Shown here: piece by piece, positions 1 to 12,887 of the stretch | How positions within the stretch are numbered: position 1 is the first letter of the stretch | Layout: each line of letters begins with the position of its first letter | Source: Lingula anatina | Lineage: Eukaryota; Animalia; Brachiopoda | Assembly: GCA_051362555.1 (NCBI GenBank) | Contig: CM120646.1 | Location: forward strand, 5,332,001-5,396,000 | Length of the DNA: 64,000 bases | Direction: 5' to 3' | Position numbers and translations under genes: made by a program | The notes under the pieces: generated by a model | Database searches by the model: none | Told to the model about the DNA's origin: nothing | The model's input: only the letters and a program-made list of their open reading frames with translations

Positions 1-7
1 GAGGAAA

Positions 8-62
8 ATGCTGAGTTTTGTGGCCATATTCTTACATTGTGGTTTATTACACATCGTATGGG
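8..62 (+). CDS. BMPR2: BMPR2 exon 1 (signal peptide)
   Basis: ATG at 8, hydrophobic 18-aa peptide, phase-1 donor G|GTAAGT at 63 matching the phase of exon 2. An upstream ATG outside the window cannot be excluded. Confidence 0.8.
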
Positions 63-1065
63 GTAAGTGACACTGGTATTTTGCTGCTATGTTAAAGGGG
101 CAAGCGGCCGAGTGGTGAAATCTACACTGTAAATATCCACCGATTACTTCATAAAATTAGGTCATCATCTTTCTCTCCAACTTGAAGTTCAAGTCCTTCA
201 GCTTCCACCTAAAAATAGAATACCAGACTATTCTCATATCTTGATATCTGCCAAGTTCCTAACATATGTCTTATGATTGTGCAGTAGTTTAAATGTTTGA
301 AAAGCTGACTGTTAATTGTTATTGGCATTTTGTGTTGTCATTTTTTTCTTGTGAGCCATATTTTTCTGGTTATAAACTGGATGTGGAAAGGCACTTGCCC
401 TTTCCTCCACAATGTCATATTTTTTTTAATATCTGTCCAAACAAAATTGATGACAGTGTGTTTACCAAATTACCAGTGAAGAACTTTATTGATATCAGCC
501 ATGGTGTTATAAAGCTACATATGGTTACAAAATTACAATTACACAAATAAATAGTAACGTATACTGTTTGATATGATGAGTAATATGTAATGAGTATGTA
601 TACTATGTAGCAACCTTCCAGGCTCGTACCTAATACCAATATTTGAAGACCCAGCCCATATAATATTGTTGTCAGATACCATGTACTTGGTTGTTTGATG
701 TGTGGACACAGATGATGGGGAAGTTTTGCTTGTGATCAAGGCGATAGTGTTGGATCAACCTAACCAAATGTCTCATTTGAAGATCGAAATAGCAAAACTC
801 TAGCGATGACACATAAACCCATCTAAATAGTAAAAATTGAATTGTTACACAATTCCTGTACTAACCCTAAGCTTGGATAAGACCAAAACAATACAGTTCT
901 TACCCAGTCGGAATCATTATCCTATATTGACATAAGCATCGACACACTTCTCCCCTCCCTCCCTCTCTCTCTCCTCCTCTCTCTCTCACACGCACGCACA
1001 CACACACACACACACGCATATTAATATTGTCATTAGCATGTAAACCTCTTCTCCTCCTCTCTCTT

Positions 1066-1109
<44 letters not shown>

Positions 1110-4043
1110 ACGACAACCAGCCATCCCCTGTGACTCTCCTCCTTAAACATAAGCACACTCTGCTTCCATACATTAACACCCTGGAAATGCGGTTATGTAA
1201 TGTGTGTTTTCTTTCTGTCTCGGTCCATTCTACCACCTATTAACATACCTGTCTGCCTTGTGCTGCTGTACAATCATCATGTTAGGTGCAGAAAGATTCA
1301 TTAGCAACTTAATTGTCAGTTCACACCTAGAATATACCAAATTAGTAGCCGTCTTGTAAGGGGTATTGTAATGGCTGATTTTATCCAGCTTATTTATTGG
1401 TAATAACATAAGAACTTGGATTGTAGTGCATGTAGACACCGACAGCAGCTTTTAGTATTTATGGAAAGGAATACACCACAACTGGCATTATTTTAAATGA
1501 CAAAGGTGATTATGATGTATGGATAATTGGTGTTGCTGTTTTCTTCTCATACTGAATGGCCCTGAAGGCTCATTATTACATTATTTTAGGCTTGTAAGGG
1601 CCATCCTTTTTGTGTCCTCTGTATATGTAAATGATTGATATAAATATCCATATGTCTGCTGAATGTATGTATGTATATGATTGTTGTTCTTGAGGTTCAA
1701 TGTCATTAGAGGTTGTTGAACTTTCTCTTGAACCAGTATTACTTATTTATTTAGAGACGAGGCTGTTCAAGGTTTCTCTTTCTTTCTTTTCAGTCATCAC
1801 TTCCCTCTCTCCCTCTCTTTCTTTCCCAGGTTTTAATGTCAAAACAGAGGCGAAGTGTAAGGCATATTTAAAGAAAGACCTTTCAGCCATTTGCAGGCAG
1901 TCGACTACCCATTCTCCCTCTGAGTGGACTGCACCAATTCCCCATAAATCACATGAAAGCCCTTCATTGCTTGGCTAGGTGGATTATGCAACTTTTCAAT
2001 AGATTTTTCTGACACCAGTTGAAAATAAATACCACCGACCTACATTCTGGGCAGGTTTCTTTCAAGAAATGGGTTAAGGTTTCCAGCTAGGTCCATGGAC
2101 AAAGGCACCTTTCTATTTGAAAGACTTCACTGACCATGTTAAGAAAAAAATAAGGAAATAGTGAAGAGTTATTAAGTCGAATAACGGAGCTTTTTATGGG
2201 TAGAGTCGCAAACATTTGTATCTATTTATAGCAAATTTTGCAGGAAATGTTAAAAATATTGTATCCGCTTACTGAAATGGTAAAACATGCTATGGAGCTA
2301 ACACATATGGAATTTTCACAAGCATTTTCGAAAACAAATTCGGTGAAGTTAGAATCAATATTCCAAGTTTTGGTAGAATTGCCTGATGTGTACTTTTTAC
2401 AGAACAAGTGAATCCTTTGGGAAAAGTGCCCAGTTTAATCATTGTTCCTGAAAGTAAAACTATACATTTAGGGGATACTTCAGTGCTGCAACTAAAATGT
2501 CCCCTGTCTGTTAAGTTCCGATGAAGATGTTTTTAATTATTAATAAAATTTACATATTGAAAACAAGTAAAATCAATTAGCTGCTACAAGCAGAATTGCC
2601 AAAATTTTTTTTTTTTTTGAAACGTTCAAGTTATTTTACAACAACATTTTGGATGGTAATTACCAACAAGAAAAGAACAAGTTTTTGGTATGCCGTCACT
2701 GATTTATTATATAACAATGCATATGAAATTACATTATTCTTCTAACTTGATGGAAAATGTTAGTGATGATCGCTTTGTGAATTGCTCATTGTAAAATTTT
2801 GAGTTTCCTTCTAAAATTTAAGTGCCAGTGATATAAGCTCTAAATGATAAATGATTATTTAATGACTCCTGCCTTTTGGGGGTCTTTATTCTGATTGGAT
2901 ACCTTTGCACTTTGTGAACCAAGCACAATTGAAATTGCCAAGAAATAAAGATGCAATATATGTTATGTAAATGGTTAACTTTAGGAGGGTTTACACACTG
3001 GGGGTTGTTCAATCCTTGTCGAACATGGTTCAAACCTAGTTGGACTACTCTTAAAGAAGGTTCAGGTAATATCAAGATTATGTAGCAAATTTTTTTTTAC
3101 ACAATCTCTACAAGAGATAATGCAATCATCTTATTCTTTCCAATGTACACAGTATTTCCTCTGTAAAAGGTTGGTAGCATATGTGCTGTGTGGACTGTTC
3201 TCATTGGATGCTTATATACCACTATTTATCATTGAGTGCAGTACACATACATGCAAGATATTGATAAAACGCAGCATCTACAGAACTGGAAGTATATTTT
3301 CCATTGGTCACTTGAACTATTAGCTTTTCAAAGTTACTGGCCAGACTTTATATCCTATAGCTTAATTATGGAAATTATGGCCTGCACGACATCACATAAA
3401 AATTGTGAGAATTGGCTTGAGGTGGTGGGGTTAACTTTTTAACAATAAGGCGAAACTACACACCGAGAATGTCATCTTAGAAAGCAATATAGAAGTTACA
3501 TGCAAGAAAATGTGAGAAAGTAAAGACTGTAAATCTACAGAACTTTTGAAAAAAGGGGTTTGAAGTTGAATCAGTCAAGTTAAATTGATTAAATTATGTT
3601 TCTTAAATAAGAAATTGCTCAAGCAGGCTAGTGAATAAAGTTTTAAAAAATGTACTGGAATTTCTCTCCTTGCCACCAGAAATCCAGGCTTCGTAAACCC
3701 TGCCAAAATCAGCTGGGTGACTAGTTTACATGTCAGAATAGAGAGTCACTTAAAACATCCAACTTTCCATTCTGACAGTATGTCATAACTCATGTTTCAG
3801 GGCCCAAACAATGTCATGATGGCCGTTTCCATAATATCCCCTATATAGTGCATTCCAATACATGTTTGGGGCCCCCAGTGGAAACTTGATGGCCACTGAC
3901 AGTTATTTTATGGAAGCAGTGTGTGAGGAGCCTGACTCAATCTGCCTAGAGATATTATTTATGCACTGAGCACTTGTAGACTGACGCCAAGTCTTTATGC
4001 TAGGAACCCTGATGCATGTTGGATAGGGGGTGCCAGGTGGATG

Positions 4044-4094
<51 letters not shown>

Positions 4095-7000
4095 GGGGAG
4101 GAGTGACAGAGAGCGAGAAGGGGGTGGGGGAGGGACAAAGAGACAGAAAGATAGAGGGGGGCAGGGAGAGAGAGGGCTAGGGGGGAGAGGAGTGACAGAG
4201 AGAGAGAAGGGGGTGGGGGAGGGACAAAGAGACAGAAAGATAGAGGGGGGCAGAGAGAGAGGGCTAGGGGGGAGAGGAGTGGCAGAGAGAGAGAGAAGGG
4301 GGTGGGAGAGGGGTAGGACAAAGAGACAGAGAGGGGGCAGAGAGAGAGAGAGAAGGAGAACAGAAATGTAATAATCTAGTTATTAAACTACAGATTAAGC
4401 TTTGGTTCAATAAATTAAATTAAAAAGTGTATTCTGATTTGCATCTTTTGAAGGAACTTGTATCAGTTGGCATCAGCGATGGCAGAGAAGTATTAAAAAT
4501 GCCATCAATATTGGTTTAAGTTAAGTACATTAACAGCTTCCCCCTGCCATCTGTAATTATTCATCACAATCAGCATGTATATGAAGGTATATCCCTCATG
4601 AGGGACAGTACTGTCAATTATCTGTACATCTTTTCTCAATTTATCTATATTCAGAATTGCCCAGTCATATTTCATGATATTATAGACAGTAAAAATTGAG
4701 TGCTTGGGATTATTAAGTGCAGGGTTTTCAGTGCACTGTCTTGATCATATTAATATTGCAATGTGCTCAGTATCTTTATTATACCTTAAAGGGAAGACTT
4801 GCTGTGGAAATGCACTATTTTGAAAGGTAGTCTGAACCAAACTTTGATCCATTTAAAACAAAATGCATAGAATTTTTTTTCACATGGTTGAATTTAACTT
4901 GACAGAATGACTAGATTGATTATCAGAACAGCCTTGCTAATAAAGGCTAAGAGCACCTGGCTTGCTGAAGAGTCTCTTTCCTAGGTGTAAACTGGACTTG
5001 CTCATCTTAATACATGCATAATGGTTCAGTTGCAATCTATACACCATTGATTGAAAAGAGCAGTAACACTTGCAAATTATGAGTGCAACAACTTGCATGA
5101 AGGAAGAGGTATATATAAGGCTTATGTGTATGTACAAACATCCATACATATGTTACAATATTGTACAAACTGTAGTGGAATCAAGAATTCGCAATTTGTA
5201 AAAAATAAAATTTGTGTGTGTTTGGAAGTGCTTGAAATATATGTACATAAAATGAACGGGCAGACCAGTGAAGAATAAAAACAAGACTGTACCTATATTG
5301 CTTAAGCTTGTGGGATAAAGTCAGATTACTTACTGCATCAAAATACAGGTAACTTCAATATACCTGTGCATTCATTACTAATGCACCAACCAGATAACAG
5401 CAGTTCAACTGTTTCTATGTGCTTTATATGAACTGGGTCTATATGAGGTAACATTATGCTCTAGTACATACTACTATGGCCCTACACCTAATGTGGAAGA
5501 TGATTTACTATGGTTAAAAAGAGAAAGTAAATGTTAAATTATAGAAAAAAATTGACAATTTCAGTTTTGATTTCAACTTTCCATTTTGTTAAGGTTTGCA
5601 ATTATGGCGGAAAAATTGTATTTGATTGACTGTATGTTCTGCTTAGGTACGAGGTGGTTATGGTAATTTATAGGTAGCTTGGAAAAACCTGGATGAAAGA
5701 AAGGGAAAACAAGAAATGTACGTGTTAAAACTGTGCCACCTGGAAGTTGAAAATGAATATTATACAGTGGTTAAAAAATTGAAAAGAAAATTTTAAAAAT
5801 TTGGATTGTATAGAAGCTCCCATGCTAGGATCCCTCTTACACCCCATTTCCATAGATTAGATCGACCTACTTTAGATCGACCTAACTCCCTGGGGGTTCA
5901 CGCTAAATAGCTGTCAGCCGGGCAGACACGAAAGTTAATTACCCCCTTACAGCTTGTAGTAGGCGGGACGGACATTTAAGTCGGATTATCTGAAAGTAAT
6001 CTAGTGAGATATCCCGCGGGGATAGATCGATCTAAAATCTATGGGAATAGAGCCTTACATTTTACTGAAATGCTCTTGTCTTGGCATTAAATCAAACAAT
6101 AGTCACACCATAAAAAATATTTAAAGCCTGGTATGAAATAAGGCCTCTCTATATGTACTATGTAACTGGCAGGGGGGAGGGGGGGGCAAAAGTTGATATA
6201 AAATCACATTAATATGGTGGGGCCAAGTTACACTGACGAAAAGCAGCAAAAGCATATGCAAAAAGACATCCCTATCACAAAAGAAATAAAGCAAATTTGT
6301 GCATAATAAGATGTAGTAGTTTAAACCATGGCTATCTTCTAGGCATTTCAACAAGCTATACTATTATAATTATTGATTCTGTAGTATGGATCCCAGACAG
6401 CTGCTAGTTGAGAATATAGTTTTTTTATGTCCAGCAGCCATGATAAAACTAGACTTAGCCTTGCAGCTCCATCTGCATTATAACCTTTGGGAAACTGGTT
6501 CACTCACTAGCTTCCTCCCCTTCGCCATTTACCGAATGAACTTACCCAGCCTATGAGATAATAGGCCCTGTCCAGACAGTGGATGAACTTTGACCTCCGG
6601 ACTGTGGGCATTTGTGCGTCAGACCAGAAATAGAATGATGGATGCCCTGCAGAATTAAACAATTTTTTAAAGGGGGGAAGGGGGATAAGATTTTGAAGCA
6701 GCTGTGACAGATTTGAGTTACATACAGGTTATTTGAGAAAAAACCGCAATGAATAGTGATTGATTTTCTATGTTAATCTTACAATACATTCGTAAATTTG
6801 AAAAATTGTCACGTAGCATTAAAGACGCATATTAAGTGAGCACTTCTGTTCAATTATTGCTGATTAACCTGATCAAATGCCACCATTAGCTTTTTTAAGT
6901 AGTGTACTTTAAAGAAAAACACTGAGTTTTATTACATTTAATCCTGGAAAAATGGTATTACACATAGATTTCCTGCTGCCCTTCTATGCTTTACAAACTG

Positions 7001-10000
7001 GAGGGGTATAAATTAGTCAAATTTACAACCAGAAATTTGATGAGGGTGGTGTTTTAAAGCTATTTTCTGCTCCCTGATTAACATAGTACTTGTTACTGAT
7101 GTGGATTTTATTTGTTTTGTAAGAAACTGGTAATAATATTTTACACGCATTACAGGGCACTTTCTATGTATCTCGCCTCATATGAAACTTTAAAAAGATA
7201 AGAAACATGAATTATGTATAGCAGCTATTATGTTATGTCTGTTTCTGAACTTATTCCAGAGCAGAAAAATAAAACTGTTACTATAAAAGTGCCTGTTTCA
7301 TATTCATAGCTACACAAAGCATTTCATTCTTATGAGAATAACATATTGAACAGACAAGGCACAGACTGTTATATTTTGTCACACAATTATGTTTTGACCT
7401 GTACCTGAATGTATCGCTAATACACTACGCATGTATAGGTACTTATATGCCATACAGTCTGCATTGGTTAGTAGTCATAGCAGAATTACATATTTTGCAT
7501 TTGCCTGCTGACTTAATAAGAGGTTATTTTTTTTTACAGGGAGAGGTGGCTGATTGTGAGGCACTGGTGGTGGTGGTGGTGGTGGTGGTGGCGGTGTGTG
7601 TGTGCAGGGGGGGGGGGGGTTAGAAATCAGCTAGGCTTTCCTCATAGAGCCGCCCAGCCGTCATTTGGGGGCCATTTGCCTCAAAAGACTATCTATGTTT
7701 CCAAAGATGGCTGGATGCCATACAAAATTTTTGGGTTGGTTGGTTGGTTGGTTGGGCTTGCTTGGGTTGGAGTCCCTGTAAATCGATGACCAAATTACAG
7801 ATTCACAATTTGGACTCCCTGTACCCCAAATCCTGGGGAACGCCCTTAAAATCAGTAAATTTATAGAAACCATAGTTCATGCAGTGAAAACTGTCTAAAC
7901 TTACATCATTGCAGTAAAACTGATATGTCAGATACGTAACTTATTGCGATTCTCATTTCAGGTTCCACAGAAGGCAAATACACCTACTGTGCCTATTTGG
8001 AGAACAAGACAACGCAGACAAGAGAAAACGAAGAGATGGTGAAGAACTTCTCCCGCAACGATGACCGAGTGAAGTATCCGGAACAGCCCGATGTAATGGC
8101 AGATAACAAAACTGTTCGATGTCCTGATGTATACAACAAGTGCTTCACTCTGTGGCAGGCAGGGTCCACGAACAAGACACATTTTACGGTGCTGAAACAA
8201 GGTCAGTGTTTAAAAGGCAGAAATATTAAATCTAAGGGTGCATTCCCAGAGATTTAGATCAATCTAGAGATTAAGATTTAGATCGACCTAATTCCCTGGG
8301 GGTTCACGCTAAATTGCAGTCAGCTGAGCGGGCACCATAGTTAATTACCCCCTTACAGCTTTTAGTAGGCGGGACAGACGCTTAAGCCGGCCAAGCTGAC
8401 AGTAATCAAGTGAGACTCCCCACAGGGATAGATCGATCTAAAAATCTATGGAAATGGGGTGTCATACTGGACACTTATGTAGATTTGCTAGGTGTTATGT
8501 AGAAACTCCAACATTTTGCCCTTTATCAGAAGGACATCATCAGGGAACTGCAAAACATTTAGCAGATATACGTAAGTGTCCAGCATGATATTAATATTGA
8601 ACATCTCTACTGGATGAACCGCTATAGTTATATTTCCCTAAAAGGTTAGTGTTTATTAAAAGGTTTTTTTTTTTTTTTTTGATTTGGTGTTACACACTAA
8701 TCATTGTGCTTTCTCTACTTAAAGACGAATTTGAAGTAATTTGACATGTCAAATCATTGCCCCCAAAACCAACCAAATGACATCATATAGTTTCAAAGCC
8801 TTAGTATTTTTACTGAGATTTGTCGAGCTAATAGCTTCCATTCTTTTTGTTTACTAGTTATAACTGCAGTCAAATACAGTGGTGAAAATATGGGGCATGT
8901 ATTTGTCAGGTTTTCCCCCCTTAATTTAATGATATATTTGCATTACATTACACAGGTTGCACATAATTGCCCAATCTCAAATATAATCTGGGACTGTTCC
9001 GCCTTTTCCTTGTCTTCTGTCTGAGTAATGTATACTTAGCAAGCGTGAGGCCTGAGTTGATGCTTTGAAGTAAAAGAGGTCCCAAAAAGGGGTGGTAAAG
9101 GCAGTTTTTGAGCCAAATGCATTCAGTATTATTCTGAAAATTTTTTTAGTTGAAAACACTAAAACTGTTTCATTCTGCCATTGGTTTATTTGGCTTGTGA
9201 AAAGATGACAATTCTTTTTTGTTATTGAAATTGTCATGTTTTGTTTGGCTTCTCTTAAAAATCATGAGCTACCTATGAATGTTAAAAATCTACTTCTGTT
9301 TAGAAGAAAAGTCAGAGTGAGTCTGATTAATCAAGCCACTCTTTCCAAATAAATGCGGGGATATAACTACTCTCAGGTAGACTAAAGATGACTTTATCAC
9401 GCAACATCATTGATCATTCCCTCTTCCAAGAACTAGCGTCAGAAGATACCTCTGTCTTTTTTAAGGGCATTTGTACTCTTTCCTTTCAAGTGTAAGAAAA
9501 GATGATCTGGCACTATTCTGACACTGATGGCATTTAACAAAATAAGGAAGAAGAGCCTGTATGCCAAGTGGGCAACACCAACGCCATCTGGTGGATCAAT
9601 TGCAGGAGTACTTTTTTCAGCGTTAATGGAAATTATCTAATATCTTCTGACCCTAGATTCACCAGAAAATGTGCATGACATTTAAAAAGTAAGGCAATCT
9701 TCACCAACGGCATTAAGTGGATTAAATATTATAGGAAAATGGTTAATGGTATATCTGTAGTCTCCAGCTTCACCCAATTAAAATGTGCGTGACATTCAAG
9801 AAGTAGGACAATCTTCAGCTGTGTTGTAACAATATGTTGTACAATTCATGTTAGGATCTGTTATACTGTGTAGTGATATTAAATGAAAATAAAATGTTTA
9901 GAATTGGTAATTAGTCCCACAAAAAGGGGGAGATACCAAAAAGAATTTTAAAATGTAAAAGGATTACTTTTGTAAAAATAAAAAAAGGAAATAATGGGTT

Positions 10001-12496
10001 TGTTTCTGATGTCCTGTTATAAATCATTTATGCAACAGAGTCAGGCGAAGAGATGTCATGGCAAAATAATTTTATAGAAAACTAGAGAAAGATAGAGAAA
10101 ATAGAAGATTCACAGCAGTGGACTAACCAGTCCGCAGATCAAATATGGCTGACCCACCTGAATGCTTGTTGTGTAATCCCCACAGGGAACAAATTCACTA
10201 GGGGATTAGATGGCAATCTTGGGTTGCTATATTTGATCCACGGACTAGTTAGTCCACAGTTGTGAATGCAACCAGAGAGAGAGAACAGATGAAAGTCTAC
10301 AAAATGCTCCAATGTTAGATACTATTGATAATAAGTAGTAGTGTGCTCTTCCTAACTAATTTCTCTCAACCATGACTATTTACTCATACTGCAGTTGGGT
10401 CGCATTGACCTCTGGTATTTATTCACATCCCAAACACAGATTTTCAAGTTCCACGGTGCGGTTCTTTTATTTGCTGGGATCGAAAAACAAATTGAATCCA
10501 TGTCGGATATAAAAGCCCTACCTGTCTCGCCCAGCAGACTGTGTCTACATCTGTTAAGTATTACAGACTTAGTCAATATTTGCATTGAGGAGAGAATGCG
10601 AAGCCTTTGACTGCCATCCAGGGTAGCAGACTAGGTCAGGCGAGACTGCATAGGGCTCAAGTATGCAGGAGACTGTGCCTTGATTATTGGCAACTACTAC
10701 TGACTTACCTGTGCAGCTGTAGGAAGTACAGGGGCATGTGGATCAATATAAAACAATGTTGTTTATTATCATAATTGTAATTATAATTATTATTAATATT
10801 ATTTATTATTATTGTTATTATTATTATTATTATTATCGCCATCGTTATAATTTATTAATCTCTGCACTACATAATAAAATTTGAATTTCTTAAGGGATTT
10901 GGAATCGCAGTTCTTGGTGAAGAATTAAAAATTTGGGTAGGGTGGGGTGTGCTTAGTTTAGGAGATGGAATAAAAAGAAGAGAAGAAAGTTGGAAGAAAT
11001 TGCAGAAAATATTAGTTTGAATTGTGGCAGTTGTTCATGTTCCTTTGCTTAAACTAACCACGTGCCTAAGACCCCATTCCCAGAGATTAGATCGATCCAA
11101 CTAGATCAACCTAACTCTCTAGGGGTTCAGCTAAATAGCTGTCAGCCAAGCGGGCACGAAAGTTATTTACCTCCTTACAGTTTGTAGTAGGCGGGATGGA
11201 CATTTAAGCCGGATTATCTGACAGTAATCTAGTGAGACTTCCCACGGGGATAGATCGATCTAAAATCTATGGGAATGCGCCCTTAGTTATTGGCTTATCT
11301 GTGGCAGAAGTTGCCTGTAAGGGGAGTTTTTTTCTGTCTGTCTGTATGTCTGTCAGTCCATGTCACTGAGTTTCAAACAGAGTAACGTGTGCAGCAGGTC
11401 ATCATACCATAAATGTCACTGTACTTTTCTGTAATGTCCCAGCTTTCATTCTATGTCACTGTTGTACCCATGTCACATTAGAACTGCACGTCTAATCCGG
11501 CAGCTGTTGGATGATGCAGCACCACCTAAAAATACTACAGCACTAGCCTATAATGGCAGACCACAACCTAAAATGTCACTGCGCTAGCCTATAATAGCAG
11601 ACTACTACCAAAAATGTCACAGCACTAGCCTGCAATGTCACAGCACTAGCCTTACAAGTATATTTTTAGATTGTGCATCTCACCACTATTTGTTTTTATT
11701 GTAAAATCCAACTTTTTAAGTTGCAAATAAATACATATTACATAATGGCAGACTACTACCTAAAATGTCACAGCACTAGCCCCTAATGGCACAGTTTCAT
11801 TTGGCAGTTTCACTGATACTACAGCATCAATTGACATTGTTTGTCATTGTGAGTGATCAAGGTCATTTAATACGCCTTTTTATTGTGCTCATTAGTCTGG
11901 CACATTCATTATCACCGCGTAATATGGGCTGGAATGAAAGTTAATTAGTATAGTTATTAAAGGCAGACAGTGTGTGTAAGATTAGATTTCTTGGAAATTT
12001 CAACAATTTTCACCTAATCAGCAGGGTCTACCATGTCCAAAATAGCATTATATTAACAGCATTATGATCCATACAGCCAGTTTTGAGCTTTAAGGTTCTA
12101 GTTTTTTAGCCCCCTCCCCCAGATATAATGGATATAGATACTATCTTGTATCATTCATAACAATGAAAATGAGAAAGTTAAAACTTGAAAATGGATTTAG
12201 AGGTAATATGGTTTCCTCAGCAGCAGTATTAGACAGGGCACTCGGTGGCTGAGTGGAATTTGCATAACTATCACCAAAAAGATTTGAAGTAATTTTTTTT
12301 ATTTATGTATTTATTCATTTATTTTTTCATTTTTAGAAAAACTGCAACTGCATTGATAATACGATCAGAAAGGTTGTAACCAGGCCCCAGGGAGGGGGGG
12401 GGGAGGTAATGGGTTTTATAATAATTGCCTTTTGGTCCAGGTTCTATGCCATTTCTCAAGCTAGGGGTCAACTAAGGGGATGAAAAGGACAGCTTC

Positions 12497-12527
<31 letters not shown>

Positions 12528-12829
12528 AAAAAAAAAACTCATTTTGAAATTGTTGGCTACAGGCTTGACAGCATTTAGAGTCGGGGAGGAATTTCATTCA
12601 TGTGGAATTTTCTCAAATACTTGTGGATCCAGGGTATTGAATGAAGGAACAGGGAGAAGTTAGCGTTGGGTATTACAGGTAAAATATGGAAGTTGGGACC
12701 AAAATCTATTTTTAATGTGAAGGTTTCATGACCACTGTGTGTCCCCCTTTATCATTGTGCCATGTTTGAGTGATAGACTAGTATCACGACATCCAGGTAG
12801 AGTTGCCTTGTGATGTAGATTTTTTTTTC

Positions 12830-12887
<58 letters not shown>

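Noticed and set aside
3995-4371. ORFs rich in RE or LS
   Set aside because: Translation of GA microsatellite sequence.
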